Under the pieces are notes generated by a model. That model ran no database searches. It worked only from the letters and a program-made list of their open reading frames with translations, and was not told where the DNA came from. Position numbers and translations under genes: made by a program. This document shows, piece by piece, positions 17,010-24,554 of a stretch of 32,000 nt of DNA; position 1 is the stretch's first letter, and every line of letters begins with the position of its first letter. The DNA is taken from the NCBI RefSeq assembly GCF_037902255.1, contig NZ_CP147990.1, positions 2,910,001 to 2,942,000 on the forward strand, written 5' to 3'. Origin of the DNA: Candidatus Electrothrix sp. GW3-4. Its GTDB lineage: Bacteria; Desulfobacterota; Desulfobulbia; Desulfobulbales; Desulfobulbaceae.

Positions 17010-17240
17010 CCAGGAGCGCCCTCTCCGGCACCGGCACATTCTTCCGGTAACACCTCCTCGCAAAAAAGGGCCCCTCCTCGTTCGCCGAGGGCCTCTCCTT
17101 TTCTGCAAAGAAGCAGCACTTTTTAAGAACGAACAGCCTCTCGCGACAAACGAGGTCCCTCTCTTAACGAAAGGACCGCCTCTCTTAAAAAGAGGAGCCG
17201 TCCTCGGCACAAAAGAACAGCCCCTTTCCTGGAACAGATG
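17010..17240. repeat. ~21-nt-period array (about 8-10 units) of CCTC(T/C)C ... GAGG-type motifs in noncoding DNA
   Basis: Cut in a 21-nt register from 17052, the units are: acctcctcgcaaaaaagggcc / cctcctcgttcgccgagggcc / tctccttttctgcaaagaagc / (degenerate) / gcctctcgcgacaaacgaggt / ccctctcttaacgaaaggacc / gcctctcttaaaaagaggagc / cgtcctcggcacaaaagaaca / gcccctttcctggaacagatg. Confidence 0.7.
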
Positions 17241-17439
17241 CGTGCATAGATTCCACAGCGCTGTCCACCCGTCCCGATCACAGGCCTGCCAAAGGCCTTT
17301 CAGCCTGTCTCCTGCTGCTTCCGGTTAAGTTTTGCTGCGGGAAAAGACAGAGATCGGACAATCCTTATTCAATCCGGGAAGAGAGGGTGGGTAGTGGTTA
17401 CCCGCCCCTGACAGGGCGACAAGAGAAAAAGGCCAGGTG

Positions 17440-18678
17440 TCAGGAACCAGCCTTTTTGCGCAGAACAAAGAGATCCCCCCGTATCCAGGCACCCTCTTCC
17501 CGGCGTAGGTCCGCCTCTTCAGAGGTGAGCAGCTGCCAGCCACGACGTTGCGCGACCTCAACCACGTAGGCAGGATGATGGGCAAAGCGCCCTGTCTGTC
17601 TGACCTGCCAATCCTTTTTCTCGCCATGCTCGGTGGAAAAAACAAAAAGGCCACCCGGTGCCATGCGCTGAAAAGCAGCAACCAGTAAGGGCTCCAGGTC
17701 AGCCAGATAGGTAAACAGATCAGCAGCAACCAGCAAATCATACTGCTGCTCATCTTCACAAAGAAAGTGAACCACATCATCAGCAACAAGCCGATCATAA
17801 ATCCCCTTGTCAGCTGCCAAAGCAATCATCTTTTCCGACAGGTCCACCCCGCTCAACTGCTGACAACAACTGCTGAACAGCTTGCCAGCAAGTCCTGTGC
17901 CGCAGCCGAGATCCAGACAATGGGTATATACTTGTCCCGAGTCCTTTCCCTGCGTTGCCTGAGTGCGCAGAACAAGATCAAAGAGCAGCTCAGGAACGCG
18001 ATAGCCTAGTTTGCCCACCAGACTCTGCTCAAAGCTCTCGCTGTACTGATCAAAAAGATCGCGTACATAGGCGTTCTCTGGCGTGCCTGTAGCCTTGCCA
18101 GTCAGGGCGGCCAGCATGTGCCGGGTACCGGGATGATCTGGCTGGAGTTGAAGCAGCCGCTGATACAACTGCTCTGCCTGGCCATAATCATGGTGCAGAT
18201 GGCAGAGATAGGCAAAATTATTCAGGGCCGAGACATTCTCAGGCTCAAGTTCGAGCAGCCGGGCATAATACACTGCTGCCTCCTCCCAATCCCCGCTCTC
18301 CCGACAGCAATTAGCCAGATTAAAGAGGACATCCCGATCATAGGGTTGTAGGGCCAGGGCCTGTTCATAGGCATCCATCGCCTCGGGATACTGCTGCTCC
18401 TGCTTCAGGGCCAATCCCAAATTATACCAGGTATCGGCATCGTCCTCCCGCAATTCCGCTGCCCGCGAAAAGACAGCTGCCGCTTCAGCATAACGCTCCA
18501 GATCAAACAGGGCCAAGCCCTGATTATAAAGCACCACATCCGCATCTGGGAAATGGGTAAGTATTTCTCCGTAAAGTTCTATTGCCTCAGCGACCTCACC
18601 GCTCTCATGGGCCGAAACCGCTTGAGTATATATTTGTTGTATATCTTCGACCTTATCATCATGTGCTCCTCGTTCCAA
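17440..18678 (-). CDS. TPR-repeat protein fused to a class I SAM-dependent methyltransferase (COG4976-like architecture)
   Basis: The N-terminal half has TPR units (AIELYGEIL..., YNQGLALFDLERYAEAAAVFSRAAEL, WYNLGLALKQEQQYPEAMDAYEQALAL...). The C-terminal half has methyltransferase motif I (CLDLGCGTGLAG) and DLLVAADLFTY. Apparent TTG start. Confidence 0.8.
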   Translation of the reverse strand: MERGAHDDKVEDIQQIYTQAVSAHESGEVAEAIELYGEILTHFPDADVVLYNQGLALFDLERYAEAAAVFSRAAELREDDADTWYNLGLALKQEQQYPEAMDAYEQALALQPYDRDVLFNLANCCRESGDWEEAAVYYARLLELEPENVSALNNFAYLCHLHHDYGQAEQLYQRLLQLQPDHPGTRHMLAALTGKATGTPENAYVRDLFDQYSESFEQSLVGKLGYRVPELLFDLVLRTQATQGKDSGQVYTHCLDLGCGTGLAGKLFSSCCQQLSGVDLSEKMIALAADKGIYDRLVADDVVHFLCEDEQQYDLLVAADLFTYLADLEPLLVAAFQRMAPGGLFVFSTEHGEKKDWQVRQTGRFAHHPAYVVEVAQRRGWQLLTSEEADLRREEGAWIRGDLFVLRKKAGS

Positions 18679-18981
18679 AACAACTTTTTCCTTCTTCTGC
18701 CTCCCTCAGGAGTACTTATTTCACCCTTCGCGATCTCACGCGATTTCCAACCTCTTTCAGGGGAATCCTCTGTGATCCCCCTGCGTTTCTTTACTCACCC
18801 AAAAAATTTCAAGCGACGGAAACGCAGTTTACAACGGTGAAAAAGAGACCGTTTCTGCCCTTGTATATAACATCCGATCTCCTGATCCGTGTACAGCGTA
18901 TGCTGAAGAAACCATTGCACTAGAAAGTACAACATCTTAGCATTTGATCCTTTTGACTCTCTCAATAAAGCAATCTGCCGA

Positions 18982-18997
18982 TGCAGCTCTGTTGCCA
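18982..18997 (-). promoter_or_regulatory. candidate sigma-54 (-24/-12) promoter
   Basis: Minus strand reads TGGCAA-cagag-CTGCA with correct GG/GC spacing and one mismatch in each element. It lies about 300 nt upstream of the TPR-methyltransferase start, which is far. Confidence 0.3.
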
Positions 18998-19121
18998 AGA
19001 CCATCAGAGTCTTCGGTTCTTGCCCCCCTCATACAACAGGCAATCCATACTAGACAGCAACAACCGAACATTTTTTAAATAGGAACCAAGGGTCAAGGAG
19101 AAACAGCATCTCCAATTCTTG

Positions 19122-20135
19122 TCATGGCAAGATTTCCTGCTTGAGCATACAGCAAGAGATACGATGATTCGGCCTGCCATCGGGATGATACTCCAGGGTA
19201 TCAGGTTGCAGAAGCTTATTCATCACGCACCCTTCCGGTATCTCCAAGGCAAAGAAACGGTCTTCATACAGTCCCTTCCGCTGGACCAGCTGATCTTCTT
19301 CTATACACAAGCTGTGAAGAGGATAATCCTCGCAGAGTGGACATTGATAAACCCTGCCGTTAGGAAAGATGAAGTAATTCTCTGCCACCCGGCCAGCACA
19401 GGCAAAGGGTTCCTCGGGTTCAAGAAAAACCTTGGGGTAAGTAACATGGATACCGGCCAAGGCTGCCTGTTGCGCCACCTTGGGAACCACGTCCAGCCAC
19501 TGTCCCGGATCAACCTGCCATTGCTCCCCTTCTGCTGAAACCGTAGCAGGCTTTCCTCGCAGACCAATCACCTGAATAAAAAAGCGGCGCACCCCAAGCT
19601 CTGCCAACAAGGCAGGCATACGGTGGAGATGCTCAATATTTCGGGAAGAGACCGTATAAATCAGGCTGGTGCGAAAACCAAGCTCCACAGCCTTACGCAA
19701 ATTCTCGGTACAGACAGCAAAGACACCCTCCCCGCGAAGAGGATCATTCACCGCTGCATCAGGACCATCCAGACTGAAGCTGAGAAAATCCAGCTCTGCC
19801 GGTCGTACCTTCTTCAGGAGATCATGAAAGAGATAGCCATTGGAATCCACAGTAACGGCATAACGCATGGACTTGGCGGCCCGGATAATCAGGGCCAGAT
19901 CAGGATGGAGGCTGGGCTCACCGCCAAGCAGGATCAGATTGCTTTCCTGCTCAGGTCGGGCAAAGAGACGCAACCATTTCAGCACAGTCTCTGTGGAGAG
20001 AGTTTCAGTTCCATGCTGGGGCGGATTAATATAGCAATGCTGACAAGAGAGATTGCAGGCAGTAAGGAGATGAAAAAAAACATTTCGCTCACCGGCCTTA
20101 AAGTCAACCGTCCTTGCTGTCAAGTCGGCGCTCAT
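19122..20135 (-). CDS. radical SAM enzyme with Cys-rich C-terminal (SPASM/twitch-like) extension
   Basis: CNLSCQHCY (CxxxCxxC); C-terminal CAGRVAENYFIFPNGRVYQCPLCEDY. The start was moved to ATG 20135 (MSADLTARTV...), which has GGAG 7 nt upstream; the track ORF extends to 20222. Confidence 0.8.
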   Translation of the reverse strand: MSADLTARTVDFKAGERNVFFHLLTACNLSCQHCYINPPQHGTETLSTETVLKWLRLFARPEQESNLILLGGEPSLHPDLALIIRAAKSMRYAVTVDSNGYLFHDLLKKVRPAELDFLSFSLDGPDAAVNDPLRGEGVFAVCTENLRKAVELGFRTSLIYTVSSRNIEHLHRMPALLAELGVRRFFIQVIGLRGKPATVSAEGEQWQVDPGQWLDVVPKVAQQAALAGIHVTYPKVFLEPEEPFACAGRVAENYFIFPNGRVYQCPLCEDYPLHSLCIEEDQLVQRKGLYEDRFFALEIPEGCVMNKLLQPDTLEYHPDGRPNHRISCCMLKQEILP

Positions 20136-20478
20136 GGAGACTCCGTTGGTCCTGGATTGATGATCTGATGTTCGCCGGAAGAGAACAAGAATCTGCCGAC
20201 GACCTCTGTTTCTCCGAAACAAAACATACTAAAGGCTGTGATCAGGTGCGTCAAGGGCTTCCTCCAGCCTCTATCGCATAAAAAACCAGCAACACCTATG
20301 CAGAGAATATTCCTGTGCAAGAAGAAAAAAACAGAACAAGAGGCTACTCAAAATCGCTACCAATCAGCAGCATAAAAAAACCGTTTGCAAGCTCTTAACT
20401 TCTCTTATATTATCCTAAACATCTGGCTCATAAATCATAAAGACTATGGGCTCCAATACAAGCAGAAGGGAGATTGTC

Positions 20479-21090
20479 ATGAAAGTGTTGATCGTTTACT
20501 ACTCAATGTATGGACATATCTATAAAATGGCTCAAGCTGCTGCTGAAGGAGCAGGATCTGTAGAATCTGCAGAAGTGATGCTGCGTCGGGTACCGGAAAC
20601 ACTGCCCCAAGAAGTCTTAGAGAAGATGGGTGCTGATCACGCACAGAACGAACAGGGAGAGGTACCCATTTGTACAGTAGAAGAGTTAGGCGAGGCAGAT
20701 GCTGTTATCTTTGGAACCCCGACCCGCTTTGGCAATATGTGCGGACAGATGCGCCAATTTCTTGATGCAACTGGCCAACTCTGGATGGAGGGGGCCTTGG
20801 TGGGCAAGCCAGGCAGTGTTATTACAAGCTCAAACACCCAGCATGGTGGCCAGGAGTCCACTATCCTGAGTTTCCATATTTCTCTCTTACATCAAGGCAT
20901 GGTCATTGTCGGCCTCCCCTATTCTTTTCAGGGACAAATGACGACAGACGAGATCACCGGTTGTTCACCCTATGGGGCATCGGTTATTGCAGGCCATGAC
21001 GGTAGTCGCCTCCCCAGTGAGACAGAGCTGGCTGGCGCGCGCTTCCAGGGAGAGCATGTGGCAAAGATCGCCAAAAAACTTACGTCATGA
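20479..21090 (+). CDS. wrbA: NAD(P)H:quinone oxidoreductase WrbA (flavodoxin-like)
   Basis: [18 protein letters not shown]..., [17 protein letters not shown]. The start was placed at ATG 20479, after GGGAG. Confidence 0.85.
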   Translation: MKVLIVYYSMYGHIYKMAQAAAEGAGSVESAEVMLRRVPETLPQEVLEKMGADHAQNEQGEVPICTVEELGEADAVIFGTPTRFGNMCGQMRQFLDATGQLWMEGALVGKPGSVITSSNTQHGGQESTILSFHISLLHQGMVIVGLPYSFQGQMTTDEITGCSPYGASVIAGHDGSRLPSETELAGARFQGEHVAKIAKKLTS

Positions 21091-21142
21091 TTACCCTGAT
21101 GAAGCGCGGTTCAGAAAAAACAGTTTCAGAGGTGAAAACCTT

Positions 21143-21583
21143 ATGCACCTGATAATCTACATAAGCGACTACACAGGGGAAGACAAAGAGATAGGAAGGG
21201 ATCTTATCAAGATCCATAAATCATCAGCCCAAAACAACCCTGACCTCGACATTACCGGTGTGCTCTTCTATCATAACCGTAATTTTCTCCAGGCACTGGA
21301 AGGCAAGCAAGAGCATCTGGAAGAATTGATGACAACTCTTGAAAAAGATTCCCGCCATACACGAATTACCCGCCTTGTTGATACAGAGATACCAAGAAGA
21401 GGATTCCCTGACTGGCAAATGGATGTCTTCAACCTAGATGCTGACGCAGTTCTCAATCGGAGAGATCTGGCTGTCTATGAGGAAATGTTTTCCACCCAGT
21501 GTGCTATGGACGCACCTGTGTTTATTAACATGCTGAAATCTCTTTACGAGAATGTTGAACTGTATAAAATAGCTCTAAAATAA
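21143..21583 (+). CDS. stand-alone BLUF (blue-light sensor using FAD) domain protein
   Basis: MHLIIYISDY...ITGVLFYHNRNFLQALEGKQEHLEELMTTLEKDSRHT...FPDWQM shows the BLUF Tyr / Gln / Trp-Met pattern. ATG at 21143, 53 nt after wrbA. Confidence 0.85.
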   Translation: MHLIIYISDYTGEDKEIGRDLIKIHKSSAQNNPDLDITGVLFYHNRNFLQALEGKQEHLEELMTTLEKDSRHTRITRLVDTEIPRRGFPDWQMDVFNLDADAVLNRRDLAVYEEMFSTQCAMDAPVFINMLKSLYENVELYKIALK

Positions 21584-21685
21584 CAACGCAAAAAAAAAGC
21601 AGGATTTGTGCTGTCTTCGGCAGGCTCCTTAAAAAAGAGCAGCCCAGCCGAAGTAGTACAGTCCCTGCTTTTCCCTTCAGGCACC

Positions 21686-21937
21686 TCATGACCAACTCGT
21701 TGTTGGGAGAACAAGACGATAAGCCAAAACACGGATTCTCCTTTCCTGGGCCCTGGTCGTCAATACGCCGCGTATTTCAATTTTCTTCCGAAGCACTGCG
21801 ATAAAGTCCTCACCGAACGCCTCTGGACTAATGATATACTTACTTTCATCATCGGTCAGCAGAGCCAGCCCCGCGATGTTGCCATTAGCTTCCCATTGAT
21901 CAGCAACAAGCATTCCAATTACTGTGATGTTCTTCAT
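21686..21937 (-). CDS. hypothetical 83-aa protein
   Basis: ORF only; sits 52 nt downstream of the zinc-ribbon gene on the same strand. I recognise no motif. Confidence 0.45.
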   Translation of the reverse strand: MKNITVIGMLVADQWEANGNIAGLALLTDDESKYIISPEAFGEDFIAVLRKKIEIRGVLTTRAQERRIRVLAYRLVLPTTSWS

Positions 21938-21989
21938 AAGACAAAGAACTCCCGGCTATTAGAGACAACGACCATCCGCTCTTCCTTGC

Positions 21990-22172
21990 TTAATATTCAT
22001 CTTCATCAAAATAATATTCTTCGTCATAGTCAAAGGATTCCAGAATGACAGGATTCAGCCCCATCAGCTGAAATTCCTTTTCACACTCCTCACAATACAC
22101 CTCGTCACCGACCTCATGATCATAATAAATTTTGATTCTTCCACCGCAGGTGGGACAGCTCTTGATTTTCAT
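21990..22172 (-). CDS. LysW-like zinc-ribbon protein with acidic C-terminal tail
   Basis: CPTCGGRIKIYYDHEVGDEVYCEECEKEFQLMGLNPVILE follows the pattern I recall for LysW (CPxCG..[ILV].[ILV]...E[LV]G[ED].V.CE[ED]C..E[LF]..xGL[DN]P[LV].LE). The tail is FDYDEEYYFDEDEY. RBS GAGGAGG lies upstream. Confidence 0.55.
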   Translation of the reverse strand: MKIKSCPTCGGRIKIYYDHEVGDEVYCEECEKEFQLMGLNPVILESFDYDEEYYFDEDEY

Positions 22173-22213
22173 AACGCCTCCTCAGTAAATAAGATGATTC
22201 TTGTCTTTTTTAA

Positions 22214-22228
22214 AGCAAACAGCGTACC
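22214..22228 (-). promoter_or_regulatory. candidate sigma-54 (-24/-12) promoter for the zinc-ribbon / 83-aa operon
   Basis: Minus strand reads TGGTAC-gctgt-TTGCTT, one mismatch to TGGCAC-N5-TTGCW. The -12 element lies about 40 nt upstream of ATG 22172, and a sigma-54 activator gene is divergent. Confidence 0.5.
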
Positions 22229-22292
22229 AAAATATAACAACCCGTTATAACAACCATAAAGAAACTGTGCGCACCAAGAACAGGACAGAAAC

Positions 22293-22309
22293 AGGAACTC
22301 AGAGTTCCT
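22293..22309. promoter_or_regulatory. perfect palindrome AGGAACT-cag-AGTTCCT, possible activator-binding site (UAS)
   Basis: Lies 65-80 bp upstream of the candidate -24 element, the usual distance for bacterial enhancer-binding proteins. Confidence 0.3.
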
Positions 22310-22460
22310 ATGAATAACTGATCACCGGGGCAAGACCAGAAGAAAAGAAGAAGAAAATGTATATTAATCCTTGCATATCAAGCGACAGCAAGATATTGAG
22401 AACCTTCAGTTCACAGTATTGATAAAAAAGAACCTGAAGTTCATGTTTTCATGAAGAGCC

Positions 22461-23867
22461 ATGCGCAATATTTTACTTGTTAGCCGATATCCTGAGGTGT
22501 TCGCAGTCTTTACAAAAAGCTGCGCAAGAGGGGCAGGCATTTTTTCCTGCTCCTCGCTGGTTGAAGCATTGAAGACCCTGAACAGCCATCGCTGTGAATT
22601 CCTCTTCATTGACATGGAGATCCTCCAACACACCGCCTTAACCAATGCAAGTGGTTATAAAGCAGTGTTGCAGCCTTTCTGGCTTCAATCTCCAAGTCTG
22701 GAGATCGTGGTGATGACCTCTCAGGAGATGCTCCAGGAGGCGGTCTCCACGGTAAAACAGGGGGCCAGTGATTATATTATGTACCCTGTCCTTGCCGATG
22801 AGATCCGCCTGATCATAAATAACCTCAAGGACTGTCAGCAGGTTCAATCCGAGCTTGATTATCTCCGTGATCAGTTCTGGGACCGGGACGCTGCCCCTTT
22901 TATCCAGACAGAATGCCTGGCTATGAATAAGGTCCTTGAGGATGTCCGCGCTGTGGCCCCCACCAAGAGTACGGTGCTGCTCACGGGTGAAACCGGGACA
23001 GGCAAGGGGGTACTGGCCGGTCTCATCCATAAACACAGTAATAGACGCAATGAACCCTTTATCAATGTTCATTGTGGAGCAATACCAGACACCCTGCTGG
23101 AGAGTGAGCTCTTTGGCCACGAGAAAGGTGCCTTTACCGGGGCGATAAAGAAAAAACAGGGCCGCTTCGAGGTGGCCAATAACGGCACGATCTTTCTCGA
23201 TGAGATCGGCACCATCACCCCAGCGGCCCAAATCAAACTGCTCCAAGTCCTTCAGGAAGGTCTGTTTCAGCGGATCGGCAGCGAACAGGACACCAGGGTC
23301 AATGTCCGGGTCATTGCGGCAACCAATGACGATCTTAAACAACTCTGTGAGGAGAAAAGATTCCGCAAAGATCTCTATTATCGGCTCAATGTCTTCCCTA
23401 TTGAACTGCCGCCCCTTCGTGACCGAAAAGAGGATATCCCCGGCCTGACCGAGGGTTTTATCCGAAGGTTCAACCTACTGTATGCAAAAGAGATCGTCGA
23501 TATCCACCCTCAGGCCATTGATGCTTTTCTCAAGTATTCATGGCCGGGAAATATCCGGGAACTGGAAAATATCATTGAGCGTTCCTGCATCATTGAGCGT
23601 TCTTCCATCTTATTACCCGACAGTTTTCCGGCAGAGCTCTTTGTACACGATGATACCCTGACAAGAATCCAGATGGACACCATGCTCCCGCTGGCGGAAG
23701 TACGGAGGCGGGGAATTGAGGAGATTGAGCGGTGTTATCTCAAGGAGGTATTGAGCAGTAATAAGGGGAAAATAAACCGAAGCGCTGAGGCTGCCGGAGT
23801 CAGTACCCGGCAACTGCATAAGTTGATGAAGAAGTATGGGTTAAGGAGGGAGGAATTCAAAAGGTAA
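22461..23867 (+). CDS. sigma-54-dependent transcriptional activator (NtrC/Fis family) with degenerate receiver domain
   Basis: AAA+ core with GETGTGKG, the GAFTGA loop (EKGAFTGA) and C-terminal Fis-type HTH ([18 protein letters not shown]). The N-terminal receiver-like domain has SR in place of the acidic DD pair (LLVSRYPE) and Tyr in place of the conserved Lys (DYIMYPV). Confidence 0.9.
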   Translation: MRNILLVSRYPEVFAVFTKSCARGAGIFSCSSLVEALKTLNSHRCEFLFIDMEILQHTALTNASGYKAVLQPFWLQSPSLEIVVMTSQEMLQEAVSTVKQGASDYIMYPVLADEIRLIINNLKDCQQVQSELDYLRDQFWDRDAAPFIQTECLAMNKVLEDVRAVAPTKSTVLLTGETGTGKGVLAGLIHKHSNRRNEPFINVHCGAIPDTLLESELFGHEKGAFTGAIKKKQGRFEVANNGTIFLDEIGTITPAAQIKLLQVLQEGLFQRIGSEQDTRVNVRVIAATNDDLKQLCEEKRFRKDLYYRLNVFPIELPPLRDRKEDIPGLTEGFIRRFNLLYAKEIVDIHPQAIDAFLKYSWPGNIRELENIIERSCIIERSSILLPDSFPAELFVHDDTLTRIQMDTMLPLAEVRRRGIEEIERCYLKEVLSSNKGKINRSAEAAGVSTRQLHKLMKKYGLRREEFKR

Positions 23868-23959
23868 TGACGACCTATTTTTTGCCCTGTCAGTTCATCT
23901 GATCACGCAGAAGCATGTAATAGATAGGGGGGCAAGACAACTTGATCCTTGAGATTGAA

Positions 23960-24540
23960 ACCACTACCGACTGAAGTCGGTAGATTTGTTATCTGACTGG
24001 AAGTCGCGCTCACTCTAAAGATATATTTTCAGCATCGTTACGATTATGAGCATCAGCATGATTGTTAATATATTCGTCGATCATTTCGTCAGTCACATTG
24101 CCGCTGGTCACACTGAAATATCCTCGCGCCCAAAAATGCCGCCCCCAATAGCGTTTCCTCAACTCCGGGAACTCCTGTTGGACTTTCCGGGAACTTCGAC
24201 CCTTCATTACTTTCACCAGGTCGCTTTCTCTTACATGGGGCGGGATGGAAACGAAAATATGTACATGATCGGACGATACAACACCGTTGACAATATGGAC
24301 GCCGAACTCTTCCGCAACCTGAGCAACAATCTCCCGCACTCGCTGCTGAAGAGCACCGCGAAGCAATTTGTATCGGTATTTCGTAATCCACACAATATGA
24401 TATCGATGATGATACGTGGTGTGAGAACCTCTGCTGTATTGTTTCATAGCATCGCATCGTGCATTATCGATACGATTTTGTCAATAATTTCTCCCGCATT
24501 ATGTTTTGAAAATGCTCGACTGGAAGTCGAGGGTTTTAGA
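23960..24540 (-). mobile_element. IS200-type unit A (tnpA only); boundaries approximate
   Basis: tnpA is flanked by hairpins CTACCGAC-tgaa-GTCGGTAG (23964-23983), GAC-tggaa-GTC (23995-24005) and CTCGAC-tggaa-GTCGAG (24515-24531). The two sides share the 12-mer gactggaagtcg. Confidence 0.6.
24010..24447 (-). CDS. tnpA: IS200/IS605-family Y1 (HUH) transposase TnpA
   Basis: YHIVWITKYRYKLL, HUH motif SDHVHIF, WARGYFSVTSG, catalytic-Tyr region DEYINNH. Confidence 0.9.
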   Translation of the reverse strand: MKQYSRGSHTTYHHRYHIVWITKYRYKLLRGALQQRVREIVAQVAEEFGVHIVNGVVSSDHVHIFVSIPPHVRESDLVKVMKGRSSRKVQQEFPELRKRYWGRHFWARGYFSVTSGNVTDEMIDEYINNHADAHNRNDAENISLE

Positions 24541-24554
24541 CCGATTAGAAGACT

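Noticed and set aside
17001-17210. 69-codon ORF (MPRTAPLFKRGGPFVKRGTSFVARG...) as a basic heptad-repeat protein.
   Set aside because: It has a GTG start and no Shine-Dalgarno sequence. The periodic sequence is simply the 21-nt DNA repeat read in frame. I treat it as noncoding, though ribosome profiling would settle it.
17010-17240. CRISPR array, or a type III toxin-antitoxin (ToxI-like) repeat RNA followed by terminator and toxin.
   Set aside because: The units abut each other with no unique spacers and are only ~21 nt and degenerate, so it is not CRISPR. The next gene downstream of the terminator is 190 nt away and encodes a signal-peptide/DUF4124-like protein, not a ToxN/AbiQ-type RNase.
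17312-17325. Minus-strand AACCGGAAGCAGCAGG resembles the SRP RNA domain IV (UCCGGAAGGAAGCAGCC).
   Set aside because: The GGAA tetraloop cannot be closed by the flanking bases (C-C clash), and no complementary 3' strand is present.
19125-19140. TGGCAAGATTTCCTGC as a plus-strand sigma-54 promoter.
   Set aside because: The GG-to-GC spacing is one nucleotide too long. It lies at the stop-codon end of the minus-strand radical SAM gene (straddling its stop at 19122-19124 and final codons), and no plus-strand gene follows for 1.3 kb.
22638-23342. 234-aa minus-strand ORF and other ORFs antisense to the sigma-54 activator. Likewise the antisense ORFs within trpE, tolB, tolA, tolQ, the TrxR-like gene, the proteases and tnpA (e.g. 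4926..5558, 13676..14101, 14717..15154, 24046..24558, 29566..30081, 31286..31891).
   Set aside because: Each overlaps a gene with strong family motifs on the opposite strand and has no recognisable motifs of its own; these are typical shadow ORFs.
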